This document shows positions 9,978-20,214 of a DNA stretch of 64,000 nt, piece after piece. Below the pieces are notes generated by a model that had not been told where the DNA came from, ran no database searches, and saw nothing but the letters and a program-made list of their open reading frames with translations. A program made the translations under genes and the position numbers. The stretch comes from Candidatus Obscuribacteraceae bacterium (GTDB lineage Bacteria > Cyanobacteriota > Vampirovibrionia > Obscuribacterales > Obscuribacteraceae), in NCBI GenBank assembly GCA_044226015.1, contig JBGAHS010000005.1:320001-384000 (forward strand), in the 5' to 3' direction. The stretch's first letter is position 1, and the number at the start of each line of letters is the position of its first letter.

Positions 9978-10766
9978 ATGTACATTGGAACAGCTATGAT
10001 CTCGCTTTTTAGTAAGAAAACGGTGAAAACGCTTTTTAGCATTCAAGCAATGCTGGTGCTCTGTTGTCTTCCTGTCACCGCTGACGTGTTGAAGGGAAAT
10101 GTCTCTGAGTCGGGACAAAAAGACCCAGGTAACGGGCTTAGCCGCAATGACATTAGCGACCCTAATTCGGATCCGTTCGACAGCACTGAAAAAGACAACG
10201 GCATCATGGCGCCCAGTAATATGTTCAAGATGGACAGTCCCACCAAACCACCGCCGATGAAAGGCAATGTGCAAGACTCAGGGCAGCGTCCCATGCAAAA
10301 CATGCAACCTCGAGGTAATCCGTTCGAGGGTGAAGATGAGCCAATGCCTGTAATGAAGCAGCCGATGCCGACACATGCGCAGGGGCAAGACCCTGATATG
10401 TCGCCCGACATGCAGCTAGCTTGGGATATGTGGCACAAGCGCGTGGCTGGCGCAATTTATACCAGGTTCAATTTTCTGGCTAAGCTCGCATTCCGACATA
10501 GCCCGCCCCTCCTCTGTCAGGTGGGCTACGAGGTTACAAGGGACGGTCACATCCAAAATATTCAAGTGCAACAGAAGAGCCCCAATGTTCTCTTCAACGT
10601 CGTGGTGTTTCAGACGGTTAAGTCTCTCGATGGAGATGTCGCTCTTCTCCAGTTTCCACCAGGTTCTAGAAGAACTTTTGTTCCCAAAGTTGGAACCTTC
10701 ACCCAGAACTATGGTGGTGACGGATTCAAGTATACGGTCGGTGATACTGAACGCTTGCAGCACTAA
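9978..10766 (+). CDS. Exported protein with TonB/TolA C-terminal-like domain
   Basis: Signal-like N-terminus, Pro/Met-rich linker, VTRDGHIQNIQV..KS...F pattern. Confidence 0.6.
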   Translation: MYIGTAMISLFSKKTVKTLFSIQAMLVLCCLPVTADVLKGNVSESGQKDPGNGLSRNDISDPNSDPFDSTEKDNGIMAPSNMFKMDSPTKPPPMKGNVQDSGQRPMQNMQPRGNPFEGEDEPMPVMKQPMPTHAQGQDPDMSPDMQLAWDMWHKRVAGAIYTRFNFLAKLAFRHSPPLLCQVGYEVTRDGHIQNIQVQQKSPNVLFNVVVFQTVKSLDGDVALLQFPPGSRRTFVPKVGTFTQNYGGDGFKYTVGDTERLQH

Positions 10767-10834
10767 TTGCAGCACTAATTTCATGCTGGACAGTTGGTAG
10801 TCGAGTCCATTAATTCTGTAGAGAATTTTGGACA

Positions 10835-13282
10835 ATGTCGCCGCATCGTGGCATACATTCTCTAGTTACTAATAGAAGATGCAGTGTGCTCAAATTACTA
10901 AACTCGTTTTACGTCAAGTCGGCCGTTTTGCTTATGATTGGGCTGCCCGTCGCCGCAGGGCTATGGGAAGGGGTTGCACCGGTAATTCTCAAGCCTGTTT
11001 ACCAGCGAGATGCTGAGAACCTGACCAGCAGCATTTCTAGAGGCAATGCTGTTGCATCTGAAGCAAGTGATGCCCTGTCAGTTTCTGGGGCAATCTGGTG
11101 GGTATTGGTTGGCGCTAACGGTGAGCGTATCAGGACGGTGGGTTCGTATCCGGCAAAGCTCGCATCCACCAAGCTAGAGGGATATGTAACTCTCGATGGA
11201 CGCCGCTACTATCAAAGTGTTGTTATGCTGCCTCACGATAGGAAAGCAATCATAGGATTTCCGTTTGGCAGCGTACTTTCATTCAATGAAGACATGCACT
11301 CAGGTGTCCCCCTGATCGAGGTTTGGTATTTCGTAGCATCCACTGCCTTGATTATTTATGCAGCAACTAAGGTTTCGTTGACCGACCCTCTTGTCCATTT
11401 ACTGCTTGAGCTAAAATCAACACCAGAGGGAGCCTTTCCTAGAGTTTCTGCACTGCCAAAATGGACGGGGCTTGAACTTTCCAATCTAGTTGATGAGCTG
11501 TCTACCCAACTTGGAAAACTCTCTTCAAAACACGACAAGGACATAACTCATGCTAGAGCTGACGTGAAAGACTTGTTTCACAGAGAGCAGGAAGATCGCT
11601 TTGTTGATAAATTGTCCCGATTGGTACCTGAGCTCACCACTACTTCTGCCGCCTGCGATAGAATTCTCGTGGCATTGCAGAATGAATTCCCGCAATCAAT
11701 TGCATTTGCGATTGCTGCAAATATAAAATCGTCGCTCGTTTTGTCTTTACTGGCTACAGAAAATCTTGCGGAGGACAATTGCAGAGCCCTTTCTAATCAG
11801 TCAAAGACACCACTGGCGGTGAAGCTCTGGAACACAGTGTCTATGACTTTGCTTGATGCTAGCGATTTTAATCCTCTTTGTGAGGGTTGGAAAGCTCCAG
11901 ACCATGAAAAAGTAATACTTGTTCGTCTTGGTAATTGCCGCGATACCTCTCTTATTCTGGTTTGTGGTGTTCGAAAAGATGGTGAGACTCGCATCACCAT
12001 TGAACGATATATGAAAAAATTGAGCGAGCATCTATCGCCAATTTTTCACCTGTTCTTACGTTTTGAAAGCGAGTTTCTGGCGGTTCGTACTGATGCTATT
12101 ACTGGAATACCTAATAGAAAACAATTCGGAGACTTCGTAGAAGAACTCGAAGCTATCGAGATGCAACGAGGCGAGCGTAATCATGGGCACATGATTTTGA
12201 TGGAAGGTGATAACTTCGCTGAAATAAATCGCACTTTCGGCAGAGAGCAGACAGATTTGCTACTGAAAGACCTGGTGCAAACAATTCAGAAAGCTATTCA
12301 GATGCGTCCTCGAAAATTTGCTTTGCACAGCAGTGATTGTCTTTTTCGGACGGGCGCCTGTCAGTTCTTACTCTACCGTGGGGAGTGCACTTACGAACAG
12401 GCTGTGGAGTCTGCTGAGCTGATCAGGAAAGCAGTTCAAGAAAAAACAGAATGGAGCAACGGCTTATCTTCCTGGTCTTTAGGCATTGGTATTGGATCAG
12501 TTGGAGATGAGCAAAGGCAAGCCTATATGGAGGCATTTAAGGATGCAGAAATTGCTGTCGAGTATTTGAAGACTCAGCCTGCATCAGGACAGATTTGCGG
12601 CATCAATAGCGTTCCTGCTAAATTCAAAAAGAATAGAAAATCTAGCCAAATTACCGGCGATATAGAAGCTTTGAAGATAACAAATGTCCTTCAGTCGATT
12701 TCAACCAATCAATCAAATGGCGTTTTGACCTACACCGCAGATAGTGGCAAAAGATTCTGGATGTTGGTACAAGATGGTGTGCCCAAAAAAGCCATTTTTG
12801 GGAATCTCATGGGGAACGATGCTGTGCTTGAGTTTCTTTCAACGGTTGAAGATGGTGCCTTTCAATTTGATCAGGTTACCTCAATCGATCAGGTAGAAAC
12901 TGGCGACCTGGCACAGGTTGCGTGTAATGTCACTGATAGCATTGAAAAACTTCTTCTGGCTGGAACTGTCATGCAGGGACAATTTGATGGTGCCCGCATA
13001 GTCATTAACTCCCCAGCTTTGTATTTCCTTCCTTTGCCTATTACTACCAGTCAAATCATCTGGCATCAACTTGCGGAGCTACCAGAGCCTCCTTCTGTCC
13101 GCGAATTTGAGGTGATGCGGCTTATTCTTTCTAAAGCTGCCCACGGCAATTTGAATTTCAACGAAATCGCGGCGAAACTAGACAGTTATCCCACATCTCT
13201 TGTCTGGAGAGCCGGAGCGCTTCTAGTTCAGCATAAAATGGTGAAATTGTCGCGATTGAAGGTAACCGGGACTACCCTTTAG
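10835..13282 (+). CDS. Membrane protein with degenerate GGDEF domain and DUF4388/PATAN-like domain
   Basis: Two TM helices; TDAITGIPNR, DNFAEINRTFG; active-site motif reads GACQF; ITGDIEALKITNVLQSIS..GVL. Confidence 0.75.
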   Translation: MSPHRGIHSLVTNRRCSVLKLLNSFYVKSAVLLMIGLPVAAGLWEGVAPVILKPVYQRDAENLTSSISRGNAVASEASDALSVSGAIWWVLVGANGERIRTVGSYPAKLASTKLEGYVTLDGRRYYQSVVMLPHDRKAIIGFPFGSVLSFNEDMHSGVPLIEVWYFVASTALIIYAATKVSLTDPLVHLLLELKSTPEGAFPRVSALPKWTGLELSNLVDELSTQLGKLSSKHDKDITHARADVKDLFHREQEDRFVDKLSRLVPELTTTSAACDRILVALQNEFPQSIAFAIAANIKSSLVLSLLATENLAEDNCRALSNQSKTPLAVKLWNTVSMTLLDASDFNPLCEGWKAPDHEKVILVRLGNCRDTSLILVCGVRKDGETRITIERYMKKLSEHLSPIFHLFLRFESEFLAVRTDAITGIPNRKQFGDFVEELEAIEMQRGERNHGHMILMEGDNFAEINRTFGREQTDLLLKDLVQTIQKAIQMRPRKFALHSSDCLFRTGACQFLLYRGECTYEQAVESAELIRKAVQEKTEWSNGLSSWSLGIGIGSVGDEQRQAYMEAFKDAEIAVEYLKTQPASGQICGINSVPAKFKKNRKSSQITGDIEALKITNVLQSISTNQSNGVLTYTADSGKRFWMLVQDGVPKKAIFGNLMGNDAVLEFLSTVEDGAFQFDQVTSIDQVETGDLAQVACNVTDSIEKLLLAGTVMQGQFDGARIVINSPALYFLPLPITTSQIIWHQLAELPEPPSVREFEVMRLILSKAAHGNLNFNEIAAKLDSYPTSLVWRAGALLVQHKMVKLSRLKVTGTTL

Positions 13283-13334
13283 AGTAGGGTGGTCGTCAAG
13301 CTGGTAAGCTAATACCGTTTTCGGCGGGTTATAT

Positions 13335-14777
13335 ATGGGCGATATAAAAGAGCTTGAGGCTGAGCTGAAGAAGATTGTGGGCGATTACTACGTCATGTCT
13401 TCTGCAGTTGACCTGGCGCTGTATGAGAGCGACGCGGAGACTCTCGATAATGCAAGACCTGACCTGGTGGTTATTCCTGGAAATGCAGAAGAAGTTAGTG
13501 CGGTTCTGAAACTAGCTAATAGATATCAGGTTCCTTTTACACCTAGAGGGGCAGGAACTGGATTGTCCGGCGGGGCTACCACTGTATATGGTGGCATCAG
13601 TCTGTTGCTCACACGCTTAAATAAAATCATTAGTATAAACCCTGACGAGCAAGTCGCCCACGTTGAAGTCGGTGTGACCAATCTTGCAGTATCCAAAGCT
13701 GCTGCAAAATATGGCTTGTATTTCGCACCAGATCCATCGAGTCAGGTGGCGTCGACCATTGGTGGAAATCTTGCTGAGAATGCTGGTGGTGCGCACTGTC
13801 TCAAGTATGGAATGACTACTAGTCACGTGCTTGGAGCCAAATTCATTTTACCTAACGGCGATGTCACTACATTTGGTGGTGGTTTTCGTGAGAGTCTGGG
13901 GCTAGATCTTATTGGTTTGGCTGTGGGATCCGAAGGGACTCTCGGCGTTGCTGTTGAGGCTTATCTGAAGCTTACGCCTAAGGCTGCTGGCGTTCAGACC
14001 ATGCTTGCTTATTTTGATTCGCTTGAGCAGGGTGGAGATGCTGTTTCTTCTATCATTGCTGCTGGTATCATTCCTGCTGCGATGGAAATGATTGATCGAC
14101 TTTCATATGGTTGCGTTGAGGACTCCCTTCACTTAGGACTAAACCTGAATGCTGGGGCTCTGCTCATTGTAGAGCTTGATGGACCTCTTCCTGTAATTGC
14201 TATGGAACGGGCGGTTGTTGAAGAAATCATTCGCGCAAATGGCTCCATTGAAACGAAATGGGCAAGCGATGACCATGAGCGCGCATTGATTTGGAAAGCA
14301 CGTAAAAGTGCGTTCGCGGCATTGGGTAGATTAGCCCCTCATGCGTATGTTCTTGATGGAGTAATTCCTCGTTCTAAATTGAAAGAAGCGATAATCGAAA
14401 TCGAGAAAATTGGAAAGAACCATAATGTTGTGATTTCCAATATTTATCATGCGGGTGACGGAAATTTGCACCCTGCCTTGCTTTATGACAGAGCGAAGAA
14501 AGAAGAGGTAGAGCGAGTTTTGCGTGCAGCAAAAGAAATTCTTGAGTTGTGTGTGCATCTGGGTGGCACTCTTTCTGGCGAACATGGCATAGGTATTGAA
14601 AAGTTGATGGAGATGACTGTAGCCTTTGGCGAACAAGATATTGAGGCTATGAATCGCTTAAAAAGATGTTTTAATCCGACAGAATTGTGCAATCCTGGCA
14701 AGCTTATTCCAAGTCCAAGAACCTGTGGAGAATCGGGTCGTAGACCCCTTCTTCGCTATCAGTTGAGCATTTGTTAG
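13335..14777 (+). CDS. glcD: FAD-linked oxidase, glycolate oxidase subunit GlcD-like
   Basis: PRGAGTGLSGGA, PDPSS, GGAHCLKYG, GSEGTLG, HAGDGNLHP, GEHGIG, NPGK. Confidence 0.9.
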   Translation: MGDIKELEAELKKIVGDYYVMSSAVDLALYESDAETLDNARPDLVVIPGNAEEVSAVLKLANRYQVPFTPRGAGTGLSGGATTVYGGISLLLTRLNKIISINPDEQVAHVEVGVTNLAVSKAAAKYGLYFAPDPSSQVASTIGGNLAENAGGAHCLKYGMTTSHVLGAKFILPNGDVTTFGGGFRESLGLDLIGLAVGSEGTLGVAVEAYLKLTPKAAGVQTMLAYFDSLEQGGDAVSSIIAAGIIPAAMEMIDRLSYGCVEDSLHLGLNLNAGALLIVELDGPLPVIAMERAVVEEIIRANGSIETKWASDDHERALIWKARKSAFAALGRLAPHAYVLDGVIPRSKLKEAIIEIEKIGKNHNVVISNIYHAGDGNLHPALLYDRAKKEEVERVLRAAKEILELCVHLGGTLSGEHGIGIEKLMEMTVAFGEQDIEAMNRLKRCFNPTELCNPGKLIPSPRTCGESGRRPLLRYQLSIC

Positions 14778-14861
14778 AGTCTCCACAAGATTAAATTCTG
14801 TCTGATAATGGCTGTTTGCGGGTATGATCGCAGAACAGAAGGTAGCAATAGGAGTAAACGC

Positions 14862-16574
14862 TTGCACGGAAAGTTAGATCTATCAAGAGCTAAGGGACTT
14901 AAGAAATCCGAGCTGAAGAAATTGCAGCGGCTTTTGCAAGAGAGAATTCCCGAGGGTAGCGTTCTAACACTAGACCTTGCTGAAAGTATGGCGGAATTTA
15001 CCCATGAGACTGGTGAGCTGCTGAGCACCACAATAAATCGACGCGGACAGGTCGTTAATATAACGGTCGGCAAACCAAACGATGTAGAAACTCCTGAGTT
15101 GCGTGGTTTGCGTTCAGGCCCCGGTCGCTTGTGCGGTCAGCGCATAATATACACGAGCCTCAGTAATGGGCACGATGGTCCAAGCAAAGAGAGCTTGCAG
15201 TGTCTGGCAAAGCATCGGCTTGATGCTCTGGCTCAAATAAAAGTTGATGCTCAGGGTGAGTTCAGCCGGAAAAAAGGCGAACATGGTCTCTATGCTGACC
15301 AGGTCTATATTGCACACTTGTTGCCGAGTCGCGATGGAGATGGAAAGCTCTGGAAAGTTCTTGAGCCTCAAACTGTTCGTAAGGCTCAGGAACTCGAATT
15401 CGACAAGATGATTCTAGCGCTTGAAGATGAGTTTCGTCGCATAGCGCCAGGGTTGCCTATTGCAGAAGGCGAAGAGCGAGCCATATTAGTTGGATTGATA
15501 ATGGATGGACAAGATTCCTGGCAGGTTGAGGACGACCTGGATGAGTTGGCGCAACTTGCGAAGACTGCTGGGGCTACCGTGTGTGCTCGATTGACTCAGG
15601 CACGCTTACAGCCTGACCCTCGTGTGTTTATGGGCTCAGGTAAAGTGCAAGAGTTGGCCTTAATGGTGCAAGAGTATGGTGCCAATCTTGTAATAATTGA
15701 CCATGAGCTCAATCATAACCAACAGCGTAATCTCGAGGATGCGGTTGCTGTGAAGGTGATCGACCGAACTGAACTTATTCTTGATATTTTCGCTCAACGA
15801 GCCAATACCAGAGAAGGAAAATTACAGGTTGAACTTGCCCAGTTGAAGTACCTTTATCCGCGACTGATGGGAAAGGGACTGACGCTAAGCCGACTCGGTG
15901 GCGGTATTGCAACGAGGGGTCCAGGGGAAACCAAACTTGAAATAGATCGCCGTCGCATTCGAGATAGAATCAATCTGCTCGAACGCGAAACTGCACGCAT
16001 CAGAAGCTACCGAGATACCCAGCGCCGAAAGAGAATTACAGAGAAGCTTCCAGTTGTGGCCTTAACTGGTTATACCAACTCAGGAAAATCGACTCTGTTG
16101 AACTCACTCACCAAATCTGGTGCTATAGTCGAGGACAAACTTTTTGCTACTTTGGACCCAGCAACAAGACGAACCGTATTGCCGGACAATAGTCCTGTTC
16201 TGATAACTGACACCGTCGGGTTCATTCAGAAACTGCCGACATCCTTAATTGCAGCTTTCGGAGCCACTCTTGAAGAAGTGGTGGTAGCAGATGTGTTACT
16301 TCACGTTGTTGATGCAAGTCATCCTAATGTGATGGAGCAGATTAGCAGTGTGCATGATGTGTTGCATGAACTCAATGCAGTCGACAAGCCTATGATAACG
16401 GTTTTGAATAAGGCTGATAAGGCAAGAGTTGAAGACCTTGCCTGGTTGGCAAGCCAATTGCCTAATGCTGTGGTAGTTTCAGCTCGAGATCGTACCGGAC
16501 TCGGCAGATTGATGGAGAAAATTCAAGACTTGCTTTCTGAAGTCTTGCCGGAACGGCGAAAATCCACGGCTTAA
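14862..16574 (+). CDS. hflX: GTPase HflX, long N-terminal form
   Basis: GPGETKLE, GYTNSGKST, LFATLD, DTVGF, NKAD; TTG start at 14862 after GGAG. Confidence 0.95.
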   Translation: MHGKLDLSRAKGLKKSELKKLQRLLQERIPEGSVLTLDLAESMAEFTHETGELLSTTINRRGQVVNITVGKPNDVETPELRGLRSGPGRLCGQRIIYTSLSNGHDGPSKESLQCLAKHRLDALAQIKVDAQGEFSRKKGEHGLYADQVYIAHLLPSRDGDGKLWKVLEPQTVRKAQELEFDKMILALEDEFRRIAPGLPIAEGEERAILVGLIMDGQDSWQVEDDLDELAQLAKTAGATVCARLTQARLQPDPRVFMGSGKVQELALMVQEYGANLVIIDHELNHNQQRNLEDAVAVKVIDRTELILDIFAQRANTREGKLQVELAQLKYLYPRLMGKGLTLSRLGGGIATRGPGETKLEIDRRRIRDRINLLERETARIRSYRDTQRRKRITEKLPVVALTGYTNSGKSTLLNSLTKSGAIVEDKLFATLDPATRRTVLPDNSPVLITDTVGFIQKLPTSLIAAFGATLEEVVVADVLLHVVDASHPNVMEQISSVHDVLHELNAVDKPMITVLNKADKARVEDLAWLASQLPNAVVVSARDRTGLGRLMEKIQDLLSEVLPERRKSTA

Positions 16575-16619
16575 TCGATTAATGCATCCATGGCTTGATC
16601 GATTAATGCGACTTGCTTT

Positions 16620-17747
16620 TTAAAGTGCGTAAGTGTAATTCGGTGGCAATGTGTCGGCTTTGATACCTAGCGATTTTGCTGCGTGATATGGCCAGTGAGC
16701 GTCCCTCATCATTTCGCGCGCAAGAAGCACCAGATCGGCTTTGCCGCTTTTGATAATTTCATTTGCTTGCTGCGCTTCGGTGATCATTCCGACAGCGGCA
16801 GTTGCTATGCCAGCTTGATGTCTGACGGCTTCTGCCAGGGGCACTTGCCAGCCTGGCTGCATATTGTAGCGATCGCCTGCACGAATATTTCCACTGCTGC
16901 AGTCAACAATGTCTACACCCAATGTTTTCAACTCTTGAGCTAATTTAACCGAGTCATCAACAGTCCAACCGCCTTCTACCCAATCACTTGCTGAGATTCG
17001 CACTGACAGAGGCAGGTTCTGCGGCCAGACTTGGCGCACCTTTTCTGTTACTTCGCGAAGAAATCTGGTTCTGTTTTCGAAACTGCCACCATATTCGTCA
17101 TTGCGGTCATTTGCAAGTGGAGAATAGAAGCTATGCAATAAATACCCGTGTGCCCCGTGAATTTCGAGGAATTTGAAACCTGCTTTCTCGGCACGTTTTG
17201 CAGCCTCAACAAATTTTTCTTGAATCTCTTTGATCTCATCAATGCTCAATGCATGTGGAACGCGAGAGTGCTCAGAAAATGGTTTGTTAGTCGGGCCTAC
17301 AACTTCCCATCCACCTTCTTCATCTGATAGTGCTTGTTTGTTATGACGGTCTCCAATTCTCCAGGGGTTCTTTGTCGAAGCTTTTCTGCCAGCGTGCGCA
17401 ATTTGAATTCCAGCGACTGAACCATAATCGCCAATGAATTTTGTAATCTCTCTTAGTTTGCTGATGTGCTCATCCTTGTAGATGCCGAGGTCATCAGGGG
17501 TGATGCGACCACGGGCTTCGACACCCGAAGCTTCGAAGATTATTAGTCCAGCACCACCAACTGCTCTTGCTCCTAGATGCACCAGGTGCCAATCAGACGC
17601 AAATCCATCAGTTGAATTGTACTGACACATAGGAGACACACCAATTCGATTCTTAAAAGTAATCGACCGCAGAGTTAGCGGAGAAAACAGATTGTTTTCT
17701 GTGTCAGTCGATTCAAGATTGCTTTCAGTGACGGAATCAGTCTTCAT
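16620..17747 (-). CDS. NADH:flavin oxidoreductase (old yellow enzyme, YqjM/NamA class)
   Basis: SPMCQY, QIAHAGRKAS, HGAHGYLL, RNDEYGGSFENR. Confidence 0.93.
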   Translation of the reverse strand: MKTDSVTESNLESTDTENNLFSPLTLRSITFKNRIGVSPMCQYNSTDGFASDWHLVHLGARAVGGAGLIIFEASGVEARGRITPDDLGIYKDEHISKLREITKFIGDYGSVAGIQIAHAGRKASTKNPWRIGDRHNKQALSDEEGGWEVVGPTNKPFSEHSRVPHALSIDEIKEIQEKFVEAAKRAEKAGFKFLEIHGAHGYLLHSFYSPLANDRNDEYGGSFENRTRFLREVTEKVRQVWPQNLPLSVRISASDWVEGGWTVDDSVKLAQELKTLGVDIVDCSSGNIRAGDRYNMQPGWQVPLAEAVRHQAGIATAAVGMITEAQQANEIIKSGKADLVLLAREMMRDAHWPYHAAKSLGIKADTLPPNYTYAL

Positions 17748-17801
17748 AAATTAGGCTCCGGAAAATTGAGTTCAGTATATCAATTGGAAGATTAAAAATA
17801 G

Positions 17802-17817
17802 TACCGACCGGTCGGTA
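17802..17817. promoter_or_regulatory. Palindromic TetR-type operator upstream of the OYE gene
   Basis: Perfect 16-bp palindrome TACCGACCGGTCGGTA. Confidence 0.8.
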
Positions 17818-17880
17818 TGAAATTGGACTGTTTGCCGAAAACACATAACAGGCAGAGTTTTTCAGTGTTTATAGGGTGTC

Positions 17881-17929
17881 TTGACACTTCTCCTTTTCAT
17901 TGATAAATTGGAAACAAACCGATCGGTCT
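17881..17929 (+). promoter_or_regulatory. Sigma70-type promoter of tetR with a second operator
   Basis: TTGACA-17 bp-TAAATT, then palindrome ACCGATCGGT at 17918-17927. Confidence 0.75.
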
Positions 17930-17938
17930 TAAATTCAG

Positions 17939-18535
17939 ATGGCTAAAAAGGGTCAACTTACGAAGGAAAAGATAGTGGAACGAGCAGCCGGCTTGTTTAA
18001 CAGTCTGGGTTATTTCCGAGCATCACTAAGTGATGTTATGCAAGCAACAGGACTGGAAAAAGGCGGTATCTACAACCATTTTCAGAGTAAAGATGATCTG
18101 GCAATAGCTGCATTTGACTACTCGATTGGTTTGGCGGGAGGACGTATTCAAACCATGATTGAAGCAGCGAATACTCCACTGGAACGCCTGTTTGCATTGA
18201 TTGACGGCTTCAATTCATTGGTACAAAACCCGATTTTGCCTGGGGGCTGTCCGCTACTGAACTGTGCCGTCGAAAATGACGATGGCAACCCTATGCTCGG
18301 CGAGCGAGTACGGCAGGCTCTTGAGCGCTTACTCAAGTTGACGGAATCTCTTGCTCAAAGTGCTATCGACGCAGGCGAACTAAATGGCACTCAGACCGCG
18401 AAGCAGATTGCAATATTTCTTGTCTCCTCACTTGAGGGCGGAATAATGGTCAGTAGGCTTCACAACGAGCCAGAGCGGATGAGTTTATTGTGTTCATCAC
18501 TGAAGGAATTCTTGGTTCCTGTCTCGGCAAAATAA
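17939..18535 (+). CDS. TetR/AcrR family regulator (NemR/YxaF-like)
   Basis: HTH GLEKGGIYNHFQSKDDL; C-terminal GGCPLLN. Confidence 0.93.
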   Translation: MAKKGQLTKEKIVERAAGLFNSLGYFRASLSDVMQATGLEKGGIYNHFQSKDDLAIAAFDYSIGLAGGRIQTMIEAANTPLERLFALIDGFNSLVQNPILPGGCPLLNCAVENDDGNPMLGERVRQALERLLKLTESLAQSAIDAGELNGTQTAKQIAIFLVSSLEGGIMVSRLHNEPERMSLLCSSLKEFLVPVSAK

Positions 18536-18612
18536 TTAGTTCAAAAAAAGAGCAAATCTTTGCGCCACTACGTGTGGTGCTGACACTTCATTCTAAATTA
18601 AGGAGAATTATC

Positions 18613-19086
18613 ATGAGTCTTGCAGAAGTTGCAGCTAAACAGTCCATTCCGAAAAAAAACGGAAGCAATTACGACCTGATTCACGCAGGAAAGTTTAACG
18701 ACTTGATCCAGTACAGTCTGCCCCATCCCTTACGCCCTGATCCAGTTTTGGGTAAGTTGTTTTTGAAAGATCATCTAAATCTCACTGGAATGCAGGTTTC
18801 GCTGAACAAACTTCCAGCCCACATATCAGTGCCTTTCTATCACAAGCACAAAGCTAATGAAGAGCTGTACATCTTCATCAAAGGCAAGGGGCAAATTCAA
18901 ATAGATGGCGATTCCATCGACGTTGAAGAAGGTACTTGCGTCAGAGTAAGTCCTGCAGGAGAAAGAACCTGGCGTAATAACTCTGATGAGGACCTCTTCT
19001 ACATAGTAATCCAGGCAAAAGTTGCTTCTCTTGATGCGGACACCTTTGAGGATGGCGTAGCTGGTGAAAGACCGGTTTCCTGGTAA
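18613..19086 (+). CDS. Cupin domain protein
   Basis: FYHKH..NEELYIFIKGKG cupin motif; AGGAG RBS before ATG 18613. Confidence 0.85.
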   Translation: MSLAEVAAKQSIPKKNGSNYDLIHAGKFNDLIQYSLPHPLRPDPVLGKLFLKDHLNLTGMQVSLNKLPAHISVPFYHKHKANEELYIFIKGKGQIQIDGDSIDVEEGTCVRVSPAGERTWRNNSDEDLFYIVIQAKVASLDADTFEDGVAGERPVSW

Positions 19087-19298
19087 CCCAGCTCAGGAAA
19101 CTCAGAAGCGATAAAACTTCATCTCCTGTGGATTGAGTCTTCCTGCGGCTCAATCCATGTTCGGGGATGTTTAGAGAAGCCCATGGCAAAAGAGCTGCAT
19201 TGACGCGCTGCTTCCATATTGATTAGATTCGCAACTTGTAGCCAGGCTCTGAGGACAATTAATGCTATTCTAATTGCGCTGGATTGCTGGAGTCGCTT

Positions 19299-20153
19299 AT
19301 GTCGCTTAAGGGCAAAACTTTATTTGTAACTGGTGCATCGCGTGGAATCGGTTATGCTATTGCCCTCCGTGCAGCCGCTGATGGCGCCAACATCATTATT
19401 GCCGCGAAAACAGAAACAGCGCATCCAAAATTGCCAGGCACCATTTATAGTGCCGCTGAGGACTTCGAAAATGCCGGTGCTAAGTCGCTAGCTTTGCCAT
19501 GTGACATAAGGTCAGAAGAGCAGGTTTCGCTGGCGATTTCGCAAGGTGCAGAAAAGTTTGGCGGCATCGATATTCTAATCAATAATGCCAGCGCTATTAA
19601 CTTAACCAACACCGCAGACCTTGATATGAAACGCTACGACCTGATGCAAGATGTGAATGCTCGGGGCACTTACCTCTGCTCAAAGCTGGCCTTACCTTAT
19701 TTGCAGAAGGCTGAGAATCCACATATATTGAACCTTTCGCCGCCTCTGAATCTTGCTGCACACTGGTTCAAGGGTCATGTCGCCTACACCATGGCGAAAT
19801 ATGGTATGAGCATGTGTACTTTAGGAATGTCCGACGAATTTAAAGCCTACGGCATAGCAGTGAATTCGCTGTGGCCAGAAACCGCGATCGCTACAGCTGC
19901 CGTGAAGAATTTATTGGGCGGTGACGAGGCTATTAAAGGCAGTCGCACACCAGAAATAGTCGCCGATGCTGCGTACATCATACTCACTCGAGAGTCGAAG
20001 ACTTGTACTGGTAATTTCTTCTTGGACGTTCAGGTTCTTGACGAAGAAGGCATCACTGATTTTTCCAGATATGCAGTCGAAAAAGGCGCCGCTTTGATAA
20101 GGGACTTCTTCATTGACGATTGGTATATTTTGAAATCAAATCAAAATCAATGA
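19299..20153 (+). CDS. Short-chain dehydrogenase/reductase (HSDL2/AtuG-like)
   Basis: TGASRGIG, HPKLPGTI, NNASAI, YTMAK, NSLWP. Confidence 0.92.
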   Translation: MSLKGKTLFVTGASRGIGYAIALRAAADGANIIIAAKTETAHPKLPGTIYSAAEDFENAGAKSLALPCDIRSEEQVSLAISQGAEKFGGIDILINNASAINLTNTADLDMKRYDLMQDVNARGTYLCSKLALPYLQKAENPHILNLSPPLNLAAHWFKGHVAYTMAKYGMSMCTLGMSDEFKAYGIAVNSLWPETAIATAAVKNLLGGDEAIKGSRTPEIVADAAYIILTRESKTCTGNFFLDVQVLDEEGITDFSRYAVEKGAALIRDFFIDDWYILKSNQNQ

Positions 20154-20214
20154 TTCGCCCGCGTGCGTGAATCAAAGTCAAACTAAAGAATACGCGCAAG
20201 ATCCCTGAGAATCT

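Noticed and set aside
10755..10780. 12-bp tandem duplication TTGCAGCACTAA at a stop codon
   Set aside because: Only two copies; likely neutral slippage.
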